The notes beneath the pieces were generated by a model that saw only the letters and a program-made list of their open reading frames with translations, was not told where the DNA came from and made no database searches. A program made the translations under genes and the position numbers. From Felis catus (lineage: Eukaryota): a stretch of DNA of 64,000 bases. Numbering within the stretch: the first letter of the stretch is position 1; each line of letters begins with the position of its first letter. The stretch is from NCBI RefSeq assembly GCF_018350175.1, contig NC_058382.1, forward strand, positions 54,252,001 through 54,316,000. Direction: 5' to 3'. Shown in pieces: positions 1-11,300 of the stretch.

Positions 1-190
1 TCGTTCGGCAGATATTTCTTAAGCACCTACTAGGTGCCCAGCGTTGTGAGGTGCCAGAGACACAACTGTGAGCAAGACAGAGGGCAGCCCTGCCCTCGGG
101 GAGCTCAGGATCTCCTGGAGTGAGGGGGGCGGAGATTATCCACCTAATCAGGCCGGGATCATGACACAGAGGTAAGGGCTGTCGCTGAAG
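1..190 (-). mobile_element. L2 LINE 3' end fragment
   Basis: tatttcttaagcacctactaggtgcccagc...gccctgccctcggggagctca is a typical reverse-strand L2 terminus. Confidence 0.6.
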
Positions 191-895
191 AGACACTGTT
201 CAGCGCGCGCTAACTGAAAGCTGTCTACACTGGGAGTCCGGGAGGGTTTGCTCAGGGAATCGCCTCTTGGGTGAGGCCCGAAGGAGGAGGAGAGGTCGAC
301 CACCCACACGAGGGCTGGCCGGACGGGAACACGCACGTGGCGCACAGGGAGACAGGCGTGAATACGGTGCAAGGCAGGCCGGACCGGGCAGGCTTTGAGC
401 CACAGCGCGGGCTATGGGAAGGACTTCCTCAGCCCCTTCCCGAAAGAGCCCAAAACACCTCCCTCCTGCAGGCTCCGCCTGTCTGGGTCTTTAGCCAACC
501 CCAACTGCGCAGAGAATTCCCTGGAGCTTCAGCCTCCTCTGCGGGCTGGTCCAGAAGTAGCTGGACTGCTACCTTCCTTGCGATGTGGCTCCCGGCACCC
601 ACATGTGGACCCCTGGCTCTATGTCCCTGTGCCTACTGTCATCACCCCCACCATCCCTGCCTTTTTTCTGGCTCATTCTATCAGACTCTGCTTGTGCATC
701 ACCTCCTCCAAGAAGCCCTGACTCCTAACTCCACTCCCAACTTGGCTTAGGCATCCCCGCCCACCGCTGCCTCAATATCACCGGCATATCTCTTCGTGGT
801 GTAAGGCACTGAAATTACCTGTCTAAACGCTTTTTGGTACATGGTAGTCACCCAATGAGCGCTGGTTGAGTTAACATATATAAGAAAGGATTAAT

Positions 896-1330
896 GGGGT
901 GCCTGGGTGGCTCAGTCGATTAAGCATCTAACTCTTGATTTTGGCTTGGGTCATGATCCCACGGTTCATGGGTTCGAGTCCCACATCAGTCAGCATGGAG
1001 CCTGCTTGGGATCCTCTCTCTCTGCCTCTCCCCACTCGTGCATACTCTCTCAGGTATGTGCACCTATCTTTCTCTTAAAAATGTTTTAATGTTTATTTAT
1101 TTTTGAGAGACAGAGAAAGAGAGGGAGAGGGAGAGAGATGGAGTGGGGGAGGGGCAGAGAGAGAGAGGTAGACACAGAATCCAAAGCAGGTTCCAGGCTC
1201 AGTGTTGTCAGCACAGAGCCTGACGCGGGGCTCGAACCTACGAACCGTGAGATCATGACCTGAGCCAAAGTCGGACGCTTAACCGCTCAGATGACCCTCC
1301 TGCTCTCTCTCTTAAAATAAATAAATAAAA
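896..1330 (+). mobile_element. Can-SINE interrupted by another SINE
   Basis: ggggtgcctgggtggctcag head; CT tract; aaataaataaa tail resumes at about 1310. Confidence 0.85.
1081..1290 (-). mobile_element. Can-SINE (5' end garbled) nested in the 896 SINE
   Basis: Reverse SINE body flanked by tctcttaaaa at 1071-1080 and 1308-1317. Confidence 0.9.
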
Positions 1331-1419
1331 CTTTAGGGAAAAAAATACTCACAAGATATAAAGTATTCTAAAACGCAAGTGAGAAAATACAGTTAGAAAA
1401 CTGGGGAAGCGTTGAAATA

Positions 1420-1600
1420 CCAATAGCTAATATTTACCAAAAGTCTACCCCATGGCAGGTCATATTCTAAGGGCGTGCTATGAGTAATGAATTCACTGAT
1501 GTTGTACCCCAGTCCCACGAGGTAGGATTATATCTGTATGAATGAAGTTTATGAATGAAGAACATGACCCAGAGAGGCTGAGCCATTGGCCAGGGGCGAC
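1420..1600 (-). mobile_element. MIR SINE, degenerate
   Basis: aatagctaatattta...gaggtagg...cccagagaggctgag MIR core pattern. Confidence 0.55.
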
Positions 1601-1965
1601 GTGGACCAACGCCCTTGTCTACCCACCACACAGAGCATCAGTGGCAAGACCTCGCTCGGCCACCCCCAGGGAAAGAACATGAGAAGACGCTCACCCTCGT
1701 TTGTTAACTGAAATCACAACAACAGAGTTTGGAAAAACATGACAAAGACTGGCTATAGCCAGGGGTATCGCTGGAGGCCACTTAAACGTCCATCAGGGAG
1801 AGGACAGCTTATGTGGACACTTAGAAAACTCCGGGCACCTAAAGGGGGAAGCAGCTCTCCAAATGCCTGACACAGATGGATTTTGGATTTTTAAGTTAAA
1901 ACAAGATGTTCTCCCCATTTCCAGTCTCTGCTTGGATGTCACCTTCTCCGTGAGGCCTGGGATTC

Positions 1966-1968
<3 letters not shown>

Positions 1969-2013
<45 letters not shown>
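1969..2013. repeat. (GT)n microsatellite
   Basis: About 22 units visible. Confidence 0.98.
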
Positions 2014-2014
<1 letters not shown>

Positions 2015-2232
2015 CGTGTCTTTTCATCTGAGGCCCAGAGGGAAACCACTCACTCCTAGTCATTCTACCTCCCTGGAACACCAGGTCAACATCTTTGGAA
2101 CCACTAAAGATGTCTCAAAGGAAGGCCCCAGGGGTGCTGGCCAGAATCATGCCCTAGGACACAGGGAAACATTTGCTGGTTTGAACTTCAATCACTACAG
2201 TGCCTTTTTTTCCCTTCTTAACACTGATCACA

Positions 2233-2472
2233 GGGGCGCCTGGGTGGCTCAGTCAGTTAAGCGTCTAACTTCAACCCAAGTCATGATCTCATGGCTTGTG
2301 AGTTCAAGCCCCGCATCTAATCTGTGCTGACAGCTCAGAGCCTGGAGCCTGCTTCAGATTCTGTCTCTCTCTCTCTTTCTCTCTCTCTCCCCACCCCCAC
2401 CCCCCACTCACATTCTGTCTCTCCTTCAAAACTAATCATTAAAAAAATTTAAAAAACAACAACAACGACAAA
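2233..2472 (+). mobile_element. Can-SINE (SINEC_Fc-like)
   Basis: Full head/CT/A-tail; TSD actgatcaca at 2223 and 2473. Confidence 0.95.
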
Positions 2473-3654
2473 ACTGATCACAGACCACCGAGAGCTTCAG
2501 TATCAGTGAATCCCGGCACCACACCCCAACTCCTCCCCTTGGTCCTCTATGTCTCAACCTCTTTGAGCCTCAGTTTCCCCACCCAGAGGCAAGGCCAATC
2601 ATAGCAAACCTTGCTGTGTTGCTGTGTTATTAAGTTGCTAACTCAGAGAAACGCCAAGGGGGTTAAATGCTATCCAGTGTGCTGAACACAAAAAAGGAGC
2701 TCAACACCACCACTATCATAATCATTAAAGACGGCTGACCTTTCGTATGAGAGGTGGGGGTGTGGGGTGGGCCAGGGGCCCAGGGGTCCACCCTGACGGG
2801 AAGGCGTAGCTTTGCACCAAAGGTGGCAAGGCAACTTTCATTACTGTTTTGAGACCCTCTGCAGACAACACACACCCTTACTGCTTGCACGCGGCGGGGG
2901 AGGAGGGGGGCGCTTCCACTCCTCACCCCACGTGCTTGGGCTCACCATGATGAATGGCAACTTGGAAATGGTTCCCGAGACTTGTTTTCAAGTAGCTGAG
3001 AGAGGAAAACAATATCTGAGCTGACAAGGAAAGCGATGAGTCGATCTCCGGATCTTGACATCAGCCTCAATGGATGCCAAAAAGCAAATCCAGGAGTGGG
3101 GAGCAAACCACAATGTTGATCTCCCCCTCGGATTTGCCACGGGTCAGGTGATAGTCAGATTTTCCATCACTATCTGGCAGTCTGCACTCCAAGGCAGTGG
3201 CCAAGCTGGAAGGCCTTCATGTGAGCACAGAAGAGACTTTTAAAAGTTCATCCATTAGCACAGAGTCACTTAAGTGCTACACTTTGAAAGACAAACCAGA
3301 TACACCCCCTAGGCTGTTGTTGTCATTACTGGTTTGGAAGAGGACCCACTTTTGAGGAACAAAAAGGTTGGTCCAAGTCTGCTGGCCTGGGAGCGTGTGT
3401 GTCTGAAGTGTGTTAAACAGCTGGGCCCCGGGGAAACAGACACCTGCGTCAACGACGCCGCTGATGTGATTCACTCCACGGCAGGGAGCCGCTGACCCTG
3501 ACACTCGCAGCCAGCTGACCCTCGGCCGCTTCCGGAGACAAGCTGGGAACCTCAAGAAGCAGTAGTGATTCAAAGGTCACGAACTGGGGTCAAGTTCAGG
3601 GCACAACGTGAGAAGCTTGTGGAGGTCACAATTTTGAGGAAGTGTCTGGGTCTT

Positions 3655-4050
3655 TTAGCACTATACCCTTAGGTAGAACTGACCTATAATGTTCCTTGCT
3701 CTTCCCTCCTTGTCTGGTTTGGAAATCCAGGTTACACTGGCCTCGTCGAAGGAGCTGGAGTGTATCTCCTTTGTTTCTGTTCCGAGCAATCGTTTGGGGA
3801 AGAGAGGGATTATCTCTTCTAGAATATCTGGTAGGCTTGCCTGTGAAACCATCTGAGCCTTGTGTGCCTGCTTCCTGTTTTCTATGAGCTGGGTGATGAC
3901 GGAGTTAATAATTTCTTTAATATTTAGTGATCTGTGCAGGTTTTCTGGTCGTCCCTAAGTCCATTCCCTTAAGCTGTATTTTTTTTTTTTTTTTTTTTTT
4001 TAGGAGACTGACCATTTTATCCAGGGTTCCAAACTGAAAGGCACAGTGTT
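3655..4050 (-). mobile_element. Ancient L1 ORF2 fragment
   Basis: ORF 3661..3852 EEIIPLFPK...SSFDEASVTWISKPDK resembles L1 ORF2 EELVPFLLK...NSFYEASIILIPKPGR. Confidence 0.75.
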
Positions 4051-4584
4051 AGTCCCACTCTCTGAGGCTTGGAAGGATTGATTATATCCTTCCCGTAATA
4101 AGCAACAAGGGCAAGTCCATGAAGCGGCCCCCGCCCCCCAAATCGGGGCATGTGTTTGCCAGGGATCAGGGTTTAGGGACTGCCTTATCCTGCCGGCAAG
4201 CTAGCAGGACAGGGATGCAGAGGCCGGCTCTGGAGTCGAACTGCCTGGATTCCTCTCCTAGTCCCAAACCCGGGCACATGTATCCGTAGTCTCCTCCTCT
4301 GTAAAATGGGTAGAATAGCAAGAGTGACCCCTAAAGACCCTAAGAGGAGCACACAAAATACTTCGTAAACCCCAAGGCCACATCGTAAGGGAGTCCCCAT
4401 AGCCTTAAAACGTTCAACTGAATACCCTTTCACTCCACAAACTTTCAACTTAACAATTCTCGAGAATGCCAACTCCAGGTCCAGAGCAAAAGTACTTCTA
4501 CTCCTTCCAGAACCACCAACTGGCACTTACAACCACCGTCTGTCATTCTCATCTCAACCCTCTTGGCACTTACTAGTCTAGAGC

Positions 4585-5013
4585 CACGGTTCTGCAGGTG
4601 GGATCCCTGGACCAGCAGTGGCATTCGGGAACTTTTTAGAAATGCAGACTCTCGGGCTGGACTCCACATGTACTGAATCAGACACTCTGGAGGTCGGCGT
4701 AACAATCTTGTGGGTCTTTTTAAAAATTTTTTTATGTTTATTTATTTTTGAGAGAGACAGAGCATGAGCAGGGTTGGGGGGGGGGCAGAGGAGCAGGGGT
4801 GGGGAGAGAGAGGGAGACACAGAATCCAAAGTAGGCTCCAGGCTCCAGCTGTCAGCACAGAACCCCCATGGGGCTCGAACCCATGAGCAGCGAGATCATG
4901 ACCTGAGCTGAAGCTGGACACTGAACTGACTGAGCCACCCAGGCGCCCCCACACTCTTGTGTTTAACACACTTTTCAGGGGATTCTGATGCCGGCTCCAT
5001 GAGTGAGAACCCT
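4585..5013. mobile_element. MER5A-like hAT-Charlie MITE split by a SINE
   Basis: ggtt...ccctggaccagcag...ttagaaatgcaga...tactgaatcagacactctg [SINE] tttaaca...gattctgatg...gagaacc. Confidence 0.8.
4717..4950 (-). mobile_element. Can-SINE
   Basis: Reverse full-length SINE; TSD aca(a/c)tcttgtg. Confidence 0.95.
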
Positions 5014-6739
5014 AAGTTTTTAAAAGCCACAGGGAACTACCCAGACTCTTGCTGGGCTCTGAGGGGCTTTTAAAGGATGGCTATTCCCCTGTGATCAATA
5101 AAGAGGAAAAGGATAATCATGTTGGAAGGGGCGTAGGAAAGAGATACACAAACGTTACAGGAGTGAAAGCTGAAATCATTTTAAAAGGTCAATGGAGAGA
5201 AAATGGCAAATGTTGCCCGTTTGTGTGGGACGGCTCACTCAACGATCAGAACAATTCTGATCAAGCCATGTCTGAGATGCAGTGCCCAAACGACAGACAA
5301 CAGACATCAGGACATGAGGAGAAGGATTCTCAAAATTCAAACAAATGCGAATGCATCAACAGTAGAAGTGCATTGGCTTCACGGACACTTGGAAAACGCT
5401 GGGCGTCTGTGGGCAGCGCTAGGGCTCTGAGCAGAATGCTGGCTAGTGGTTAGGGGGTTGCCACAGAATAGAGGCTCATTTGAGTCAGTAAAGCACTGAT
5501 GTTTTGACCTGTTCAGACTAGAGCATGCTCACCAGTTCTCCTGGACCCAGACCGAGGGAGAAGCTAACTAAGTCAACAGCTTTTCCGTACAGATAAAACC
5601 AGTGCATTTTAGAGAAAAAAAAAAAAATTTTTTTTTTTAAGTGAGAAGGAGAGGGAGAAGGAGGGAGAGATGCTCGGGACTAAAGTGCATCCGCAGCAAG
5701 AAGTTATGTCATGTTTTAAACTGTTGAAGGACCGGTTCACATTCCCACTTAACAAGCTTAAAATCCGAGGCGTAACTTGGGCTCTACCAGCAAATGGATC
5801 CGGGAACCGTTCGTTGCCGACAACGAAATGCCTCCCCTGGAACTACTGTATAGTTGAAATTCAGCATTGAACATGCATAACCCACACCCTGCCCCTGAGA
5901 TCTGGATTCATTCGATTTGGGGTGGAGCCCACTTTTTAACAAGCTCCCCAAGGGCTACCAAGGCAGATGGTTCTGGACCACAGAGCCATTTGTCATTACC
6001 AGAGGAGTGAGAATCAAAGCAGTACTGAGTGGCCGCATACAAACACTGCTGGGGAAAATGCAGTCTGAAACCAAAACACCCCCCCGCCGGAGCCCCAATT
6101 TAGCATTTGTTCCCACAGCACAGATCAGGGAAGTCAGCAGTAAATGAGTAACGTGTTATATAAGTTGCTTTTCTGTATGCAGAACCTTAATTCACCAACG
6201 AGAAGTTGAAATCATAAAAAAAGTAAGCCCGCCCCCAAAACAAATGCCGGGAAAGCGAAGCCAGGATCTCCCCATCGCCTTCTGCCAGGCAAAGATGAGC
6301 CCTCCATGGGGCTACAAACCCCCCGGGCTCACCTTGGGCCACAAGGAGCTGGATCCTTTGGTGGAGGTAGGGAGAGAGCTGACACTCAGGTTTCAACATG
6401 GGCAGGGACACTGGCTTCATCGAGACTTTTCTCTGGTCGAAAACCTAAGTGGAGCCATGTTTTGCTTGACTACACCTCTGGCCCCTTGCTGACAAGTTCT
6501 GGAAGCACAAAGCCCCTCTGTCTTGAGTCTTATCTAAGAGCCCCAAACTGCTTTCTCTCTTTGGCAAGGATTCCCAGTCTTTTCCTTTCCCCAATTTCCC
6601 CAAGACCTACACAGTAAGCTAGTTCTAACTAGAATGTTAAAGGCTGACCGTGTTTGGAGAACTTATCAGCCCAATGACCACAGAAAATGTGAAAGTGGGC
6701 ATGGCAAAGATACACCATGTGTATAAAATACATGTTACT

Positions 6740-6970
6740 GGGGCACCTGGGTGGCTCAGTCAGTTGAGCATCCGACTTCAGCTCAGGTCATGATCTTACA
6801 GTTTGTGGGTTTGAGCCCCGCATCAGGCTCTGTGCTGACAGCTTGCTCAGAGCCTGCAGCCTGCTTCAGATTCTGTGTCTCCTTCTCTCTCTCTCTGCCC
6901 CTCCCCCACTCATACTCTGTCTCTCTCTCAAAAATAAATAAATGTTAAAAATTTTTTTTTTTTTTTAAAT
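6740..6970 (+). mobile_element. Can-SINE
   Basis: Full length; TSD aaaataca(t/c)gttac at 6725 and 6971. Confidence 0.95.
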
Positions 6971-7082
6971 AAAATACACGTTACCTCTTCCAATGAGCCA
7001 GCCAGCCTCAGGAACCTTCTCAACACTGACATGGAACAATTCACTCTCAACTTAACTAGAGAGCAAACTAAGTTTCAGATAC

Positions 7083-7263
7083 TTTTTTTTTTAAGTTTAG
7101 TTATTTATTTTGAGAGAGAAAGGGATAGCAGGGGAGGGGCAGAGAGGGAGAGAGAGGCTCCATGCTGTCAGCACAGAGGACTCGAACTCACGAACCATGA
7201 GATCTTGACCTGAACCAATGTCAACAGTCAGACACTTAACCAACTGAGCCACCCAGGTGTCCC
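7083..7263 (-). mobile_element. Can-SINE with internal deletions
   Basis: Reverse SINE ending ctgagccacccaggtgtccc. Confidence 0.9.
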
Positions 7264-7352
7264 TCAACTGCAAGTTTTGGAGGCAGAAGTCCCTATCGTT
7301 TTATTGTGCTACTCCAAACACCTAGCATGGTGGCTAACTCTTAGGAAGTGCT

Positions 7353-7510
7353 AAAAAAAGAAAAAAGAAAAGAAAAGAAAAGAAAAGAAAAGAAAAAACA
7401 AGAAAAAACAAGAAAAAACAAGAAAAAACAAGAAAAGACAAGAAAAGACAAGAAAAGACAAGACAAGTAAAAGAAAAGAAAAGAAAAGAAAAGAAAAGAA
7501 AAGAAAAAAC
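7353..7510. repeat. Compound (GAAAA)n/(CAAGAAAAAA)n/(CAAGAAAAGA)n A-rich repeat
   Basis: Directly visible. Confidence 0.97.
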
Positions 7511-7574
7511 ACTGAATTGACTTAAACTGACACCTGATGTGAACCTTAATGGCCACCCCCATTTTACAGAGCAC

Positions 7575-7730
7575 ATTTCAAAATGCCTTAGAGTCACATG
7601 GGGCTGCTTATTTAAAAACCCATCTTCTGGGCTAACCACCCCACACTTGGTAAATCAGACTCCACGGGACCTTCATTTTTAACAAGGGGCCGGGTAATCT
7701 ACACACATAGCATTTGAGAGCCACAGCCCT
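7575..7730. mobile_element. MER5-family hAT MITE, degenerate
   Basis: gagtcacatggggctgcttatttaaaa...aatcagact...ttttaacaag...tttgagagccac. Confidence 0.55.
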
Positions 7731-9715
7731 AACCTTGCAGGGGAATCTCAAGGACACCAACACTAGGCAATGTGATCAAGAGAAAGAGCCCTTTGAGAAC
7801 ACCCAAAACAGAACAACACAACAGAGGCAGGTAGCCTCCTCCTCTCCACCCAGGCACGGGCCCAGGTGGAGAACGTTCAACGTCAGGAAAAAAAAACAAA
7901 TGAGGCCAGTAAGAGACCAGAGATGAGAAAGGTCTAGAGAAGCATCGTAGAGCCGAGGCCGGGATCTAACAAGGCCACCTTGCATCCCAGCAGGCTCATC
8001 CTTGGCCTTTCCTCCTGCTGGGGGGGTGGGGGGGTACCACGCCCCACCGGCAGATCTTAAACCAGAGGGCACCGACCAGGCCCATAGATGGAGGGCAACT
8101 TCGGAAAGTCGTGTGGAAGGAGAGGCCTACCTCCATCTGCCCTTCTCTCCGCGTCCGGCTTCCCCGCTTCCCCCTGCAGTCTGGCGGCTACAGTCCACGA
8201 GCCTTCCTCCCCCGTGCTGTTCCTCCCACTCCCAAGGCGGCCACATTCGAAGCAGGACCGGGGACCGTGCCGGCCGGCCGGGGACCCAGGAGTCACCCCC
8301 GGGTCCCCTGCACCCACACCCAAGGAGCCTCAGACGACCGGCCCGCCAGCCACCCTCCCCGAGCCGGGGAATCCCTCTCCCGCCGGCAGCTGTCGCGGAA
8401 CGTCAGACACGGATGTTTATGCCAGGCCTCATTTACACAAGCCCACTCCTCCCCGAGAGATGAATTTTTAAAACAAACAGCTTTTACATATGTTAGCAGG
8501 CAGAGTCATGTCAGCATCAGGGATCCCCAGACGGAAACATGAGTCAATCTGGGGCAGACACTGCTAAATAAATCCTGTTTGGGTGAAATCCCTCTCTCTG
8601 GAGAAAGGCCTCAGATTCCCCAGCAAGATTCCCTCAAGACGCGGGGCTCTCTCTGCAGCAGGGCGTGCCCTGAGCGCTCTGAACTCTGAAATCACCGTCG
8701 CGCTGCTGGGCATCGGCTCCATCAGCCCCTCCTGGGAGCGCTGCCAGCCCATCCCACCTGCGTCCTTTACCTTACTCCCACACACACTCTAGTTCCACCC
8801 AGGGCATCAGATGTCCCCGCTCGGTCGGGAACGGGTCGTCCACGCTTATGCCAAGGCTTAGGGTTCTGGCAGCTCAAGAGGGAAATGTCACCACCAAGGC
8901 ACACGGATATCCGAGAAATGAGGGGGTGCACGAAACAGGTACAGATGGCCTGGCGGACCCAGGCCACTGAGGCCCAGTCAAGGAGTAACTTCACCATTAA
9001 GGAAACGTCAGGCTTGGGAGCGTTAATGACCTTTTGCCTCCTCTTTCCTTAACTCTGCCTGTGGGGGCTTGGTAAGAGAGAGGAATTCTGTGCCTTTGCT
9101 GTGCCGTTTCCAGGGTGGAGTAAGAAGGTGCAAACCCAGAGAATTAGCATAGGACGGGGTCAGGGCGCTCTCACACCCACCCTGGACATGGGGCCAGAGC
9201 ACCCATGCTAGTGATAGAGGAGGGGCAGAGGCTCCAGCTGAAGAACTGGCATGGAGAAGTTCAAGTCCAAACTGGGTCTGAGAAGAGGGGCAGACCCCGC
9301 CTTTCTGGGCTACACGGTTTTGGGGGTGGGGGCTCAATGAGCTCGAAAGCAAAGCCTCTAGGAGGCGCGTTCTACCCTGGAGAGGCACTGGCCCGCCCTC
9401 TGGGGACACGAGTCTCAGGTCCCGGTGGGTGAGGACTTTGAGCTGCCCTCCAGAACAGGGGCTCTCGAGGGGTTACCATGGCCTTGGGTGTGTTCGAGTA
9501 GTAAGGGAGCGTCTGTGGCTTGGCCTTCACACATGCACAGGCGTCTGCAACCAGTGTGGGCCTACGACCAAGTCCACACGACTCTCGGTGAGCGAGCCGG
9601 AAGAGGAATGACCGCCTAGCTAAGAGTCGGGGTCTCAAGCACTCCCCCAGGCTGCATGCAAAGTGCCCGGCCACCCCAGCCAGAAGCGAACACAAGACAA
9701 AGACAAGCCACGTAC

Positions 9716-10304
9716 CGAGCCCGTTCTCTGCCGGTGCCGCGTGGTTCACACCACACTCCGCCAGGTCTTGCTCTCTGACGTCGTTCAAATCCAAGCCAGG
9801 CTGATGGGAGCCGTTTCCAAAGTGCCTCTCGTCCTTCTCGGAACCGGCGTCCCCATTCTCCATCCCATTCTGAGCCTTTTTCAGCGGCATTATTTGCAAA
9901 CCACTGGGGGTAGTCCTGTAAGACACCGTCTTGGCGGCCCTGTCACCTCCTGCGGGGGGCTTGGCCGAATACCCTTTCTTCGGCTTGGACAGGGCGGGGT
10001 TGATCCGCTTCCGTTTATGGGAAGTCCCTTTGCTCTTCCCGGACTCTGAAGGTCTGTGGGAGAGTTTCTCAACCGACGGGCCTCGGCCGTCACGCAGGAG
10101 CTTGGAGGTGCTGGCCTGCTTCCCTGACTTGATCCTTTTGTCCTTGGACACGTGCAGCCCGTTGAATTCGTCGATAAACTCCTCACAGTGCAACAGATGG
10201 TGCTCTGGCTCCCACGTGTCCTCCGTGCTGCCGTAGCCTTTCCATCGGATGAGATACTCCCATTTTCCTTTCTTGTTCTTCCTCTTGTCTACAATCCTTT
10301 CGAC
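9716..10304 (-). CDS. CDYL2: CDYL2 internal coding exon (chromodomain + basic linker/NLS), 589 nt, phase 0 start, phase 1 end
   Basis: Translates VERIVDKRKNKKGKWEYLIRWKGYGSTEDTWEPEHHLLHCEEFIDEFNGLH...HKRKRINP...GLQIMPLKK...AENGL(G), matching CDYL2 as I recall it. Acceptor cctcAG at 10306-10305, donor G|GTACGT at 9715-9710. An in-frame TGA lies just upstream of the acceptor, so this is an exon and not a stand-alone ORF. Confidence 0.97.
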
Positions 10305-10360
10305 CTGAGGTACGAGATAAGAGAGTCAGGGAAGAGAGAGAAAAAAAGGGCGGAGGAAAG
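10305..10360 (-). promoter_or_regulatory. 3' splice site: polypyrimidine tract, CTGAC branch-point-like motif, AG
   Basis: Minus strand reads ctttcctccgccctttttttctctctcttccCTGACtctcttatctcgtacctcAG|GTC. Confidence 0.85.
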
Positions 10361-10704
10361 AAGTCAGGCCCTGGCAACAACCGCACAAAGCCCTGAGGAC
10401 AGAGACACACGGGCCAGGGGACAGGCCGTTCAACATCGGAAGCTGACACTTCCAGGAGCGTTCAAGAAGGCTGGTTTATTTTAGGACATCACTGAATGGA
10501 ACCAAAGGCACTCGGCTGTTTCCCATGACAACTGTGTGAGGCCATGCCTGGCTGGTGGCACCTGCCTGTCCTTCCCAGGCTTACTCTTGCTTGAAATCAC
10601 AGCACGAGCTTTCACTAAAGATCTTTATTCTTTTCACTGCACTGAAGTAAAATCAGACGTTTGGAGACCATTACAGTGTGACTTTTTCACCCTTACTTAT
10701 AGCG

Positions 10705-11300
10705 AGCAACATTTATTGAGCATTCACATGGTAGGCACTATGCTAATGTATCCTTATTTATAATAATAGGAACGATTAGTCACATTCATTGGAGTGACTA
10801 AATGCTGGGCTTGGACGCTCCCAAGTCATTTTCCCCTCACAACAACCCAGTGCAGTCAGTACGGATTCGTTCTTATCCCCACTTTATACTTAAGGAAACA
10901 AGGCTTCAGGGAGATTAAGTCACTTAACCAAGTTCCAAGCTGGTAAGGGCAGAGCTGGGATTTGAACCACTCTTACCCCAGACTTATTTTCTTAATCACA
11001 GGCCAAACCAACTCTCTCTACTACGAAAATCTTCCATACTGACCAAAAATGACTTGCATCAACAAAACTCAACCGCCCCTCCCCACAACATGAAGGGTAC
11101 AGCTGGTAGGCCAGGTGATAGGTAACACTCGCTGAGAGCCTATTATATGCCTTGCATAACCCCATGGGTGTAACTGCTGTTTTTCCTGTTTGATAGATGA
11201 AGTGATTGAGTATGAGGTAAACTGCCTACCAGGCAGGGCTAAGCGGTGGCAGAGGTGAGGTCTGAACCTCTATCCATCTGGCTCTAAAACTCTGTGCTAA
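10705..11300 (-). mobile_element. MIR fragments immediately upstream of the exon
   Basis: aacatttattgagca...; ttatccccactttatacttaaggaaacaaggcttcagggagattaagtcactt...gggatttgaacc; second core near 11120-11290. Confidence 0.7.

Noticed and set aside
271..750. 159-aa ORF and overlapping ORFs
   Set aside because: GC-rich and L2-derived sequence, no recognisable domain
8002..8542. ORFs in three plus-strand frames
   Set aside because: Expected from stop-poor GC-rich DNA; no homology recognised
8533..8546. NFAT:AP-1 composite site
   Set aside because: GGAAA-to-TGAGTCA spacing is 2 nt rather than the canonical 3
1..9715. Next CDYL2 exon (SALTNGG... as recalled)
   Set aside because: No matching minus-strand translation seen; probably lies before position 1
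9372..10193. 273-aa ORF as a complete gene
   Set aside because: Starts at an internal TTG within the chromodomain and runs past the GT donor; only 10304-9716 is supported exon
10183..10449. 88-aa minus-strand ORF as an independent gene
   Set aside because: Half is polypyrimidine tract; only its exon-internal part matters, as the circle's second frame
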